From Nemertoderma westbladi (lineage: Eukaryota; Animalia; Xenacoelomorpha), in contig JAUCBJ010000699.1 of the NCBI GenBank assembly GCA_032718475.1, positions 66,496-130,495 on the forward strand: a stretch of DNA of 64,000 nucleotides, read 5' to 3'. Under the pieces are notes generated by a model. That model did not search any database and had not been told where the DNA came from. It was given only the letters and a program-made list of their open reading frames with translations. Positions 1 to 12,419 of this stretch are shown here, piece by piece. Every line of letters starts with the position of its first letter. Position 1 is the stretch's first letter. The position numbers were made by a program, and so were the translations under genes.

Positions 1-480
1 TAATACAATTAATTAATTTAAAATAAAGTACAAATGAATAAATAAAGTAAAATAAAATGCAAATAATTAATTAAAATTAAATAAAATAAATAAAATATAA
101 ATAAAAATAAATATAAATAAATAGGTATTAATGAATAAAAGAGCCGCGGTGTCACTTATGACACCCTCTTGAGCCGGCTTTGTGACAGTTGGACATCACT
201 GATGACCCATTGTGTGTCAGGGCGCTAATCAGTCTGATTAATTAGGATAATCAATTAAACCATAATTAGGAGTCGTAAGACACCTATTAGGGTTTAATTG
301 TACTAATTAATTGATGACACCTGTAAATTAGGGTCTAATTAGCCTAATTGGGAGGTGTCACCCAGACAGTCTGGCGCCAATGACACCCAATGACACCCAT
401 AGGGTGATAATTAGGTGTCATATGACACACAATGGGTGTCAGTTCGGTCCAAGTGTCACAGAGCCGCCCAAGACCCTACT

Positions 481-746
481 ACTGTGGTACACCTGCTATG
501 TGCTGCAGGTGTCCAACCTTGTACTAACTATGGTACACCTATGTGCTGCAGGTGTCCAACCTTGTACTAACTATGGTAAACCTATGTGCTGCAGGTGTCC
601 AACCTTGTACTAACTATGGTACACCTATGTGCTGCAGGTGTCCAACCTTGTACTAACTGTGGTACACCTATGTGCTGCAGGTGTCCAACCTTGTACTAAC
701 TATGTTACACCTATGTGCTGCAGGTGTCCTACCTTGTACTAACTGT
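481..746. repeat. 43-bp minisatellite, ~6 copies
   Basis: Unit GGTACACCTATGTGCTGCAGGTGTCCAACCTTGTACTAACTAT recurs at 43-bp spacing (e.g. 532, 575). Confidence 0.95.
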
Positions 747-1480
747 AGAATTTTGAACATATTGCAACTTTTTGATAAGCTTCTGGGGCAAACCATAATA
801 TAAGCTTTGCTGCTAATAAAAGCGTGATTGAGAGTCTCATGTTTTCGTCTCGGAAAGAAACGTCTCATTTTGGCTAAGTTTCTAAGATGATAGAAGGATT
901 CACGAACAACCAAGCAGATGTGTTTCTCAAGAGTAAGGTCTGCATCCATAATAACACCGCTGTTCCTTGCAGAATCGCTGCAATCTACATATTCGCCGCC
1001 AATATATCGGCTGGTTGACACAGCTGAGTACTAAAACGCGATTGCATAACAGTATTTCAGTTAGGGTTCAATTTGAGTAGATGACTTTCTATCCAACGTT
1101 TAACATATCTTAAACATTCTTCAGTTAGTTTAACGTTGGAGTCAATATCGCTCGGCTTAAACGCAATATAAATTTGGGTATCATCTGCATATATATGATA
1201 GGAAAGTCCATACTTATGTATAACGGAGGATAGTGAACGGGTATAAATACTGAAAAGAAGCGGACCCAATACTGATCCCTGTGGTACACCGAATCTCAAC
1301 AACTTTTTTGCTGAAAATGAATCTCCAATTGGCTAAATAGGACTGGAACCATTTCAAAGCAGCTCCACGGACACCAATATCGTTTTCAAGGACCTTTAGC
1401 AGAATAGAGTGCTCGACCGTGTCAAAAGTGGCGCTTAAATCCAACATCCCAATGCAGCGTGCATTGGGAATGCTATGCCG
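747..1480 (-). pseudogene. Decayed L2/CR1-group LINE reverse transcriptase fragment
   Basis: Frameshifted ORF pieces carry LDLSATFDTVEH, GAALKWFQSYL, GVPQGSVLGPLLFSIYT, YADDTQIY, LKLN and ARNSGVIMD. Confidence 0.85.
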
Positions 1481-1536
1481 GCTTATAAACAAAGTTGCAT
1501 CCTCACAACTCCCTACCATCCTTTCGCATAAGCATG

Positions 1537-2030
1537 CCATCCTTTGAGCTTTATGCTCATCCGATCAGCGATTTGCTGAGAACTTTCTAAGTCAGCTGTC
1601 AGAATTTTGGTCTTTTTGGTGTTAACAAAAATACCAACACTAGAAGCAGCCTGTTCTAATAAGCTGAAGAGCCGTTCCCTCTAGTGATTCTGAGAGTACT
1701 CCTAAGTTATCAGCAAAGTTATCAGTTTGGTACAGCACTTGGCAGGATTTCCTTGACTTCTGGAGCCAGGTGGACTATCGCCAATGGGAATATCTGGGAG
1801 TATAGATTCAGAGACACTTTTACTTCTATAAAGTTATCAGGCAATACCCTGTCATTATTGAGAAGCTTTTCAAAGTGGGCCTTCCAACCATTGAGGCGAT
1901 CGGCTGGTGATTCAGCCTTAACCTTGGTGGTTGGTTGGCTTTTCCGCCCAGTAAGCAAGTTGATCGATTTCCATGCCTGGGATGATTGCCTGCTGTCGTC
2001 TGCATCATTGATGGCATCAACAATGCCCCC
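1537..2030 (-). mobile_element. Internally deleted, inverted copy of the RTE-like LINE family seen at 2590-4077
   Basis: 1537-1745 is reverse-complement similar to ~3215-3430 (e.g. gctcatccgatcag vs ctgatcggatgagc); ORF piece ADRLNGWKAHFEKLLN resembles the region upstream of RT. Confidence 0.7.
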
Positions 2031-2139
2031 TTGTTGTGGTAGGCCCTAGGCCGCGGCCTATATGCCTAAATCCGCCATAGAGCCTAAAAATTAAAAAAAA
2101 AAATAGATTTAAATAGATACATTAAATACATAAACAATT

Positions 2140-2520
2140 TTCATTACTAATTAATTATAATATTAAAATAATTATTATAATTAATTATAATATTAAAATA
2201 ATTATTATAATTAATTAATAAAATAAATAATTATTATAATTAATTAATAAAATAAATAATTATTATAATTAATTAATAAAATAAATAATTATTATAATTA
2301 ATTAATAAAATAAATAAATATTATAATTAATTAATAAAATAAATAAATATTATAATTAATTAATAAAATAAATAATTATTATAATTAATTAATAAAATAA
2401 ATAATTATTATAATTAATTAATAAAATAAATAATTAACAATTAAACCTATTTTAAATAAATATTTTAATAATTAATAATTAAATAAATGGTTAATAAAAT
2501 ATTAAATAAATTATAATATA
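2140..2520. repeat. AT-only low-complexity tandem repeat, ~28-29 bp unit
   Basis: Repeated TTAATTAATAAAATAAATAATTATTATAA. Confidence 0.9.
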
Positions 2521-2589
2521 CTAATAAAGTATTATAGTATTAAAATAATAGTAAACCAATTGACAGTATGATATCTAATTTAAAGCTCA

Positions 2590-4077
2590 TCTATCCCATC
2601 ATAGTAGACATGTACCGTACAACAAGAGTCCCACAAGAAATGAAAACAAATAAGTTGGTGCCAGTTCCCAAGAAGGGCAACCTAACACTCTATGGTTCTT
2701 TTCGGGGAATCTCATTGATCTCGATTGCTCCAAAGCTATACAAGCTATTCCTTTAAATCGCATCAGGGATCCCATTGAGAGACTGCTCCGTGGAAATCAG
2801 AATGGGTTCCGTAAAGGTCGTGGGACCATGGAGCCCATTTTGGCACTTAGAAGGATAATTGAAGAGTTATCAAAAAAGAAAGACAGGCATCTGGCTGTTA
2901 TCTTTGTTGACTTCTTCAAGGCCTTTGATTCAGTCTCTCGCTCACGTATGTTCATCATACTTTCATTATATGGGATTCCTGATGAAATTATTGCAGCAAT
3001 CAGATCAGTATACGATGGTTCGACAACATTTGTGTCTACTGTTGACGGTGACACAGAACAATTTGAAGTGTTATGGGGCGTCCTCCAAGGAGACACACTT
3101 GCACCATTCTTGTTCATAATTGTTGTTGACTATGTTCTACGCATGTCCTTAGATCATTATAATGATGATGGGGTGATGATAACTCCACCTACTGGCTCCA
3201 GAAGTCGAGGAAATCCTGCCAAGTACCTAACTGATCTAGACTTTGCTGATGACTTAGGAGTACGCTCTCAGAATCACTAGAGGGAGCCCAATGGCTCCTC
3301 TGCTCATTAGAACATGCTGCTTCTAGTGTTGGTCTTTTTATTAAATCCAGAAAGACCAAAATTTTGACAGTTAACTTTGAAAATCCACAGCAAGTCTCTG
3401 ATCGGATGAGCATAAGCTCAAAAGATGGTAGGCTTGAGCATGTGGATGACTTCTGTTACCTGGGATCATGGATACGGAAGTCAGGTGAGGACCTTCGAAT
3501 ACGTAAGGGAAAGGCATGGGCAGCCTTGAATAGGCTTTCCAGGATTTGGAAGTCACCGAGAATTAATCGGAAACTTAAGGTGCGGTTATTTAGAGCAGCA
3601 GTAGTTCCAGTACTCCTCTATGGGAGTGCATGCTGGGCTCTAACTGCTGAGGACACCAAATCTCTGGACGGCACATTCACAAGAATGCTACGCCGGGTTC
3701 ATTGTGTCAAGTTCAATGCACACATCTCCAACCAGACACTATATAACATTGGAGGTGTCTCATTGGTTCCCCCAAGCTTGACACTAGAACAAAATCGCCT
3801 CCGCTTTGCAGGACATTGCTTTCGCCGTGAGGACCAGCCAGTGCATAATCTTGTACTTTGGCAGCCTCTTGGAGTGAATAAGCATGGTGAACAGCCCATG
3901 ACTTTCTTGAGACGCATCTTAAAGGACACTGGCCTTGAAGATGCGAATGATCTAGCAAATCTCATGGGTGATAGGGAGTTGTGGCGGTGCAATTTTGTCG
4001 ATAAGCCGGCACAGCATTCTTAAAAATGCAGCTGCAATGCAGCATGCCGATCCTAGTAGTAGTAGTAGTAGTAGTAT
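2590..4077 (+). mobile_element. 5'-truncated RTE-clade LINE; frameshifted RT; (TAG)n 3' tail
   Basis: LVPVPKKGN, QNGFRKGR, FVDFFKAFDSVSR, GVLQGDTLAPFLF, DLDFADD, FCYLGS and LLYGSACW motifs across ORFs 2568-2756, 2828-3280 and 3364-4023; TAG microsatellite tail at ~4054-4077. Confidence 0.9.
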
Positions 4078-7000
4078 GATATCTGATAAGTCCAGTAGTA
4101 TACCGCGTACCGAATCCTAGTAACGAAATACCTTACTTGTACTTACAGTCAAAAAGGTGCCTGAGAATAGAACAATCAACAATACTTATACAAACTATCT
4201 TAAGGCGCGCGCGTGTGTGTGTGTTACGATAAAACAAATTTGGTGTACCGCCGTTGTACTAGGTTTTGGTGATTTTAACAAAATAACAATACCGGGCGCT
4301 AGCTACTTGAATAAGCTAGTCGAGCGCTGTAGGCGCAATACTTACAAACTGACGTCAAAAGGGCTCTCTCATCCTATATTCACAACCCGGTCGGGCAATT
4401 ACGATGTTAGTAACTATGCACGTGATTGGCACTGATACCAGATTCTGATTGTGAGATAAGGAAATAGGTGTTAATTTACCACCGTACGAATAGCTGATCT
4501 GGTATGTAATCTGATTCTAGAATTTTGTTACTGCGGCGGTCTGCAATAAATACCTATCAGTACGTGGCATGGGCGCGGTAGAGTGTTAGTAAACCTCCCT
4601 TTAGCCAAAATGCGTGCTGGTAGCAGAAAGCTGCCCCCTTGCCTGAGCAAATACTTTGGACTCAGACAGATCAGTCAAACTGCAAGGCCTACAGTGCTAA
4701 CCGGTACTGTACCACTAGTACGGCAAATCACCAAATTATAGAGCGCGCTGTTTGCACCTAGCGTACTTGCGCGTACTAACAAACAGCTTCGGCTCGCACC
4801 TGTAGGAGGTACAGGCTGACCGAGGGGTTTCTGTCTGAATCTGAGGTATTTGTTCCTACATTTTACGGCGTCCCAGGACGGCGTCACACTTTCCCCTGAT
4901 CTAAGGTCTTATGGTGGGCAAAGTCGTCGAACAAAGTCTTACCTCCTCTAACATGGGCGTTCTCAGGCATCGGGTCATGCTTTCCAAATGCGAGTTCCCT
5001 TATGCGTCGTGGCCATCCCTTCCCCTTGCATTGCTGTGGCCTAAAGGTTTAGGCAGCCATTCTCCGAAGCGTTTGGCTGTTCGAGATAGATACGCTAAAA
5101 CTACATGTTCAGAGTTTGCAGTATATTTTAACGTAAATAACAAATGATTTATCGAAACTAAACTAAATAACTTTTACAAATCAGATATAGTGACAAGTTA
5201 GTATAAGACTAACAGTGCAAGTAATAAGTGCAAGTACAAGACAAGCTATAACTGATTGTTCGCGCTTTTAGACCTTTAGCAGTTTAACCTGCCAATTTTA
5301 GTTGTCCTCTTATTTATAAATCGACTTTAGCCTATATCGATTATTTAATGTACTGAAGTTACATCAGCCGAAGCCAGCGCCTGTGCGCGATCATTCACCC
5401 AGAGTTAAGGGAGACTGGATTTGGGTGCTTTGAAAGTTATTGCAATGTAGACCTACTGTATTATTCGATTGATCGTCACTATATAATCTCTGACAATATA
5501 TTTAATTTCGGGGAAATATTAACAGTTCCTTTAGGACGTGGTGCTTTAAGTATAAAAACAGAGTTATGACTTATACTAATCACAACGAGATGGCCACAGA
5601 GTTTCGTAAATAGCGCATTCTTTAGGAGATGCTTTATTATCTGTCACACTACTTCACACGACTTCACACTACTTCACACTACTTCGCACTGATCTGCCGA
5701 CCGTCACTGAATTTGATCATATATAAGGAGGATCGCAACTGACACATGTAGGGATTATGAAATAGCATTTAATTCACACAAAAACCACTATAATGTAAGT
5801 CGCTATTGCTACCGGTAACCTGTTCCTCTTACCTTCAGTAATCAAGAAGATTGGGGGTTTTATGATTATTTATCGGTATTCTCCAAATATATCAGCAATA
5901 TACATATATATAACATCAATTAATAACAGACCATAAACAGAAGTAAAATAACGCGGTGAACAGTCAGTATGTGTTACGTAATGCATTGAGTTCGAGTAAT
6001 GCACCGAGTAATGTTACGAGGCAGCCAGGCAGTTCTTCAGTCAGCAATGTTCCATGAGTTTCAGGAAATAGTGCTCCAGTATAATAGATTTACGTTCTTA
6101 TAATCAAAGCCATCTAATGTTTAGGCCAAAGTCTGAAACTTCCAAAACAGAAATATAGAAGATTCCAAGCCGGTTCTGAGGATCAGAAAGGTAAACAAAG
6201 ACCGTAATGCATTGTGTGGTTTTCCATAGGCCTCTGTCCAACATAAAGTGAAAATCGCTCTGATTGGCTGAATAGGCAGAACAAAGAGGTTCCACGTCTA
6301 CAGGAAATCAGCTGACAGATTTCGTCATCTGAGCTCCAATGTTTTAGAGTATTATGCGCATTGCGGCAAAAATGACTTGTTATGTCCGCAAAAGCACCTA
6401 CACTGCGCATTGCGGGAAAAATGACTTGTTATGTTCGCAAAAGCTTTTACACTGCTCCCAGAAAATGGGATTTAAGTCTATAAAATATAAAAATCACAGT
6501 TTCTAAAATATAAAAATACTCTAAACGATTAGTCCTTCTTATGTGATCGGCGTTTACGAAGTTTTTTGAGGCTAGCAAGAGTCCTTTTCTCTTTGGGGCG
6601 AGCCACTTTACTAGGAGGGCTATAACTCCTGGGTGAGGGGTGCAATACGATTGCATCGGAAGGTTTAGGGTTACGGTCGGTGTATCCGCCGGTCGAGGTT
6701 CCCGGTTGATCGACGATATCAACCTCAGTGGAACGAGGTCGTGATATATGTAGTAGAACACCCTATCACACGTTGAGATAGGGTATTCTACCATATAATA
6801 GTAGGGTATATTGTACAACAAAAGGCTACAGGGTATTTTTCACGAAATTCAGACATTTAACGGGTAGGGATACGGTAAAACGGACAACACCACGAGAAAG
6901 AGCACCCCCGATTTGCCCAGAATCGATCAAAACCTCAAAATTTGAGATAAGGGTGTTCTAACTTTAGGACGGCAGAATAACTGAGCAGTAATAAAAATTT

Positions 7001-7899
7001 TTCCTATTTCGGTATAGTTATATCAGCGTAGAAACGCTTCAGCGCGCTCAAATGTTAACGAAATTTTGAAATTTTTTTTCTACGGATACCTTTTTTAATT
7101 AATCAAAAACACGTATTTTTTATTTTTCTTAATTCGTTATAGTTCACTAATTACGGGTATTTGAACAGACGCAGCAACGACATTTCGCGGCGTTTCGCGA
7201 TTCCCGACGTCGTAACTTTTGACCAGTTTCGAAATTCGAAAATCCGACAGACACGGGGTGTTCGATTTCGAAGAGCTTTCGAACGGTGTACTCGGCGTTC
7301 CGTTAGATCCTCGGGAAGTCTCTTCCAGTGTCAGTCTAGCTGAAGATTTTAATTTCGATTATGACTTCCGACATTTATGTCTTCCGGCACACACACACAC
7401 ACACACCCCGACTTTTGAAAAACGGCCATAGTAATTATATCATCAGTTCGCTGATGGCTCGCCAACACTTCGTGACTCGTCCCACAGATAGTATGATAGT
7501 AGGCGCATTAAAAGGCGAAACTGGAATCAAATTTCCCGCGTGAGCCAATCACCTATTAAATATGTACTCCATGAACCCGCAACCCGCTTGTCTTTTCTTC
7601 TACCTTCAACCCCCCCCCCCCCCCCCCCTCCCTGCTCCCTCCACATACACCCTTAGTTACAGCAATTATAAACAATGGTTAATAATCATTATTGGGTATT
7701 CTTTGAGGTAGAGGATTATAAATGCTGCTACTGCAGCTGTGAATTTTTAAATTGAATATTGATTTTAATGGAGTACTGGTATACATTATTGAATAAACCT
7801 CAGATAATCCACCACGCCTATAAAAATTACACAACTTACTTTACGTTAACATCCTTTCGTATAAACTAAAATTCGTAAACTAATTTATAAACTAAAAAT

Positions 7900-9126
7900 A
7901 TGCACAACCTAAGCATCTGTAAAAATAATAAAACTTTATTTACTGTGTTTACTTTCGTGAGTGTGATACTTCTACTGTACCTGGTACAGAGGGGTGGTAT
8001 AGTTCGAAATGGACTCCCTGTTTACAGAGAATTAGCGGTGATAAACGTGACGCAGAGATTGATAGAACAAATGGACGACAGAATATCTAACTCTGTTCAA
8101 CCAAATGGAACGAATGCGACTATTTCGCACGGAAAATGCCAGAAGAGAATGAATATTTTTTACCTTAAAACCCACAAAACCGGGTCCCGTACCACAGTTA
8201 CCATGTTTATTAATCACGCTATCGCTAACAATCTCACACCCGCGTTGTCTGACAAAGAATCCTTCGTAAAACGGGGAGATAGGCAATGGAGTTACTGGTG
8301 GGGCCAACATTTAAACAAGTTCACACGACATCCTAATGTTTCATTTGTCCACGGGCGGTTTAACATTGATGTTAAAAGGCTGATGCCACGAGATACCATC
8401 TATATTGTCGGCATCAGAGATCCTTCGAGACTTATCAAATCGTACATCACTTATTATCGTCCTTACTCTTACTTCCGAGACGAAAATCATGTTGTACTCA
8501 AAAATTCGAATGATATTTATGAATCCTTCATAAATAACCCAAATGGTACGACGTTTAATAGACGTTCTTTTATAAATCCTTTGCTATACGAATTTGGCTA
8601 CGATATAGATTCACCCAATGAGAGTGATTATGATGGTATTATAAAAGAGATTGATGAGGAATTTGATTTGGTGATTTTATTGGAATATTTTGACGAATCG
8701 ATGATTTTGTTGAAAAATTTAATGTGTTGGGAATTTGAAGACGTCGTTTATAGGAGTAAAGGTGTGCAAAACGAAAAACTCTATATTTTTGATGCAGATA
8801 AACTCAGAAATATAAATATTGGGGATTGGAAACTTTACAAACACTTCAATAAAACACTTTGGGATAAAATAGAAATGTTTGGTTTTGAGAGAATGGAGAG
8901 AGATTTAAAAGTATTTAGAGAAATGAAACGGCGAATAAATTCCGACTGTTTAGATAAAAACTCAATTAAAATTAAAACGAATAAAGTAAAGTGTTTTATA
9001 CTTTCGTGTGGTGACGAGAATATAACTGTCGGAATGTTAATTGATCTTACAAATAAGCGCAAAGATTCTAGTAAGGCTGTAGTTTTGTACCGCGAGGCAG
9101 CTATAAAAGATACCTTTATATGTTAA
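7900..9126 (+). CDS. GAL3ST-like: Galactose-3-O-sulfotransferase family protein (Golgi type II membrane), single exon
   Basis: 408-aa ORF; N-terminal TM helix; 5'-PAPS motif FYLKTHKTGSRT; 3'-PB motif IRDP; FDLVILLEYFDESMILLKNLMCW; DWKLYKHFN. Confidence 0.9.
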   Translation: MHNLSICKNNKTLFTVFTFVSVILLLYLVQRGGIVRNGLPVYRELAVINVTQRLIEQMDDRISNSVQPNGTNATISHGKCQKRMNIFYLKTHKTGSRTTVTMFINHAIANNLTPALSDKESFVKRGDRQWSYWWGQHLNKFTRHPNVSFVHGRFNIDVKRLMPRDTIYIVGIRDPSRLIKSYITYYRPYSYFRDENHVVLKNSNDIYESFINNPNGTTFNRRSFINPLLYEFGYDIDSPNESDYDGIIKEIDEEFDLVILLEYFDESMILLKNLMCWEFEDVVYRSKGVQNEKLYIFDADKLRNINIGDWKLYKHFNKTLWDKIEMFGFERMERDLKVFREMKRRINSDCLDKNSIKIKTNKVKCFILSCGDENITVGMLIDLTNKRKDSSKAVVLYREAAIKDTFIC

Positions 9127-9149
9127 AACTGAAACAATTTATTATCGTT

Positions 9150-9348
9150 AGTTATGGGTGAATGAATGGTTTCTTATTATTATTACTTTTGTTGGGCACA
9201 CCTTTGCAAAGCCGGGAATGACGTCAATGAGGGATCGAGATGGTGACCTCCGGGTTGGAAGTCTGACACTCTAACCATTCAGCTAGCGGCTCAGGTAAAC
9301 GGTAGACCTGATAATACTGGTACCTTGTATGTCCGCAATTTACCTCAT
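9150..9348 (-). mobile_element. tRNA-derived SINE-like repeat, left arm of an inverted pair
   Basis: Reverse complement of TAGCTGAATGG (A box) ... TCGATCCC (degenerate B box); homologous to 9564-9740 and 36552-36728. Confidence 0.65.
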
Positions 9349-9563
9349 AATGTATAATAAATATACCGGTCGCATTTCTCTATGGGTATGACAGTCCTGT
9401 CTCAATTAGTTGTTAGCGTGTTTAATTAATTAATCATTGTGGCCGTGATGGTTCATGGTTAATATACAATACCCTTACATTGTAGCGAGTACTGTAGAGT
9501 GTAGGCTAGGGTTGAGCACAGTAGCGGCATCAGATGATGGTATTGACAGATGGGAGGCCATGA

Positions 9564-9742
9564 TGAGGTAAATTGCGGACATACAAGGTATCAGATGGTA
9601 TTTCCAGGTCTACCTTGATCCTGATCCACTAGCTGAATGGTTAAAGCATCAGTTTTCCAACTCAGAGGTCACCAGTTCGAACCCTCCCACCTGGACGTCT
9701 TTGCCAACTTTGCAAAGTTGTGCCCAACCAAAGTTATAATGA
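9564..9742 (+). mobile_element. tRNA-derived SINE-like repeat, right arm of an inverted pair
   Basis: GAGGTAAATTGCGGAC leader; TAGCTGAATGGTTAAAGC A box; CCAGTTCGAACC B box; A/T-rich tail. Confidence 0.65.
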
Positions 9743-9819
9743 AATAATAATTAGAATTCATGAGGTTGGAATAGGTGGTATGTTTACATTACGTTATGTA
9801 ATATAGATTCAGATTCTTT

Positions 9820-11495
9820 TTACATCATCAACTGCAAAGACGCTGCTCACGGGGGATACGCGACCAACGTCCAAGCTCGATTTGAAGTCTATGGGAGCGG
9901 AGTCTATAACGAGTAACGCAGTTACTCTCAAACAATCTGGAATATAACCGGCACTAGAAGAGTAAATATTACATATGACAAGGTCAGGATTGACTTATAA
10001 GTATGTAGCAAATTTCGATTTTGTTATTACGAATCTCGATTTTAATATTATTGCAACTAGTTTTAATACTGCACTCAGATTTAAGAATGGAATCTAGGTA
10101 TTTAATACACGGTGTTTTACTAGTCCTACACATATTTAAAACGAAGAATAAGGGGTCATCCTTGTTCCAAATACGAGTCTGCCGTTTAAATGATCTAATA
10201 ATAGCATCATTAATTAACGAATTTACATCAGGCAGACCTAATTCGGCAAAACATAAAAGATTAGGTGTCGTGATTCTGACATTGAGCAAAATCTTAACCA
10301 ATCTAATATACAAGTCATTTATTGGTTTTCTACTGCACGGAGAGAGCCATGTGTTACAAGAATACAGTATTGAATGTACCGACATACTGACTAACAGGGG
10401 GTTGTTATGTATATATTAACTTTAAAGTAAACACTAGTAAACATTAATTATTTTTGTCCTAGTCCTACCTCTTTCACAGCGACAAAAATGTCATATATTT
10501 TCTTATAGAATATAGGCTTAGTTTTTGTGCAGTTTATTACCGGTATCATTTAGTTTATGGCGGGTAGGTTTTAGGGTTGGGTTTGCGATACATACCTGTA
10601 TGTGGAGCATGGTATATTATATATTTTGTTTGTGTTTGTTGTTTGTGTCCTTTGAAGGCCCTAGGGGCTGAGAAGTATTTTGGGCTTAATGTCCTGATTC
10701 TATATTTTTTTTGTAGTTTAAGGGGTGTAAGACTCTAGTGTTTACTTTAAAGTTAATATAAGAATACAGTATAATATATACAGTAATATTGCACTATGGA
10801 ACACTATTAACTTTAAGAAAAATGGCATGTTACAATTAGTGGCGCAGAAGATGTCGAATTTACGCACGTAACATCGCATATAACATACTTTTGCATGCAT
10901 CTTAATAGCTGTAGCAATTTTACCGTCCTCAGTAATAATCGCACCGAGATATACGTATAATTTTGCATTCTTAACTACTGTATCTTCGGGGCAATTTATC
11001 TCTTTCACTACCATTTATAACCATAAATTTTGTTTTACTAACATGAATAACCATGTTATGAGAAGTACAAAATTGTAACAAGATTTCTAATTTATTTTGA
11101 CATTGTTCACGTGATGATGCGAAAATCGCAGTATCGTCCATAAACATAATGGCGTGAAGTGAGCTAAGGTAATCATTACTATAACATAGTTCGTTAAAAA
11201 TTGTTATCAATGCATCAATATATAACGTAAAGATAAATAAACTAGAGGGCGCACCTTGCCTTACTCCGGCCTCCATACGAATGTCGATGCAATTTAATTT
11301 CAAAAATGTTTGACTATAAACAGCTTTAATTGCGTTAATCATATTTTTACCGCACCCAAGTGCTAATAGTTTGGTAATCAATTTAAATCTTGACACTCGG
11401 TCGAAGGCCTTAGAAAAATCGACGAAAATTATATACAATTTATGTTTATTAGTAATTGCATAGTCGATTAACATGCGTAATACACCTACATATTG
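9820..11495 (-). pseudogene. Decayed non-LTR retrotransposon ORF2 (RTE-X/Proto2-like) with an internal insertion
   Basis: FVDFSKAFDRVSR, GVRQGAPSS, MFMDDTAI, YVYLGA, LYSCNTWL, LCFAELG; C-terminal RYRLRSHRLQIELGRWSRIPREQRLC read manually at ~9835-9920. Confidence 0.8.
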
Positions 11496-11820
11496 CTCCT
11501 ACATAGGAGTCCATGCTGGGCTCTAATTGCGGATGATACCAAATTTCTGGATTGTACTTCTATTATATGAAAGTGTCTCATTAGTTCCCAAAGCTGGTCA
11601 CTTAAAGGGAGCCGCCTCCGCTTTGCAGGACATTTCTTTCACCGTGAGGACCAGCCAATGCATAATCTTGTGATTTAGGGGCCTCATGAACTAGAATAAG
11701 CATGGTGGAGAAACCTTGACTTTCTTGAGACCCCTCTTAAAAGACACTGGCCTTGAAGATGTTGATAATCTGGCGAAACTCATGCGGGATAGGGAGCTGT
11801 GGAGTTGCAATTTTGTCCAC
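11496..11820 (+). mobile_element. 3' fragment of the RTE-like LINE family (third copy)
   Basis: Aligns by eye with ~3615-4000 (catgctgggctctaa, cgcctccgctttgcaggacatt, gacactggccttgaagatg). Confidence 0.85.
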
Positions 11821-12419
11821 ATTGATTATAAATTAATTACTTTGAGATTTGGAACTAAGAAATTTGGGATATGGAACTAATTAATTTGGAATTTGAACTA
11901 CCGGTAACTAATTTGGGATAGAACTACCGGTAATTAAGTTGGGATTTCATTTTGGAATTATGAATATGGAATTAAATAACTGTGGATTTGGAACTTGGGG
12001 TGTCGAATTAATTAAGGATATTATTATTTTTTGCCTCAAATAATATCGATTACATCACTTTACTGAACACGTTCGTGGGGCGTCGCGCAGCGTCTTGTTT
12101 CGAACTTGCGCAAGTCCGAATTGATCTGGAATCAAAAGTTCGAGAGGTATTTGCCCGAAACTTTCAAAAATATTTCATTACAGACGGACAGCCAGACAGA
12201 CGGACATGAAATTTTGCCAAATTTACTAATTATAATTGTGATCTAAGGTTTGCCCTGACTGCGTGGCTCGCCCCACAGTATCAAACCACACAGGTCGTAT
12301 TATATTATTAATATAATTATTAATTAATATTAAATAAAAAATTATTAATATATTATATAAAAATATTATATAAAAATAATTAATATTATCAATTAGTCGA
12401 CAAACCCTAAAATCAACGA

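Noticed and set aside
380-613. 77-aa Cys-rich ORF
   Set aside because: Runs through the motif cluster and 43-bp minisatellite; Cys pattern is repeat-derived
4157-7543. Short ORFs in the 4.1-7.5 kb region
   Set aside because: No motifs or coding features recognised; probably unclassified repeats or regulatory DNA upstream of the sulfotransferase
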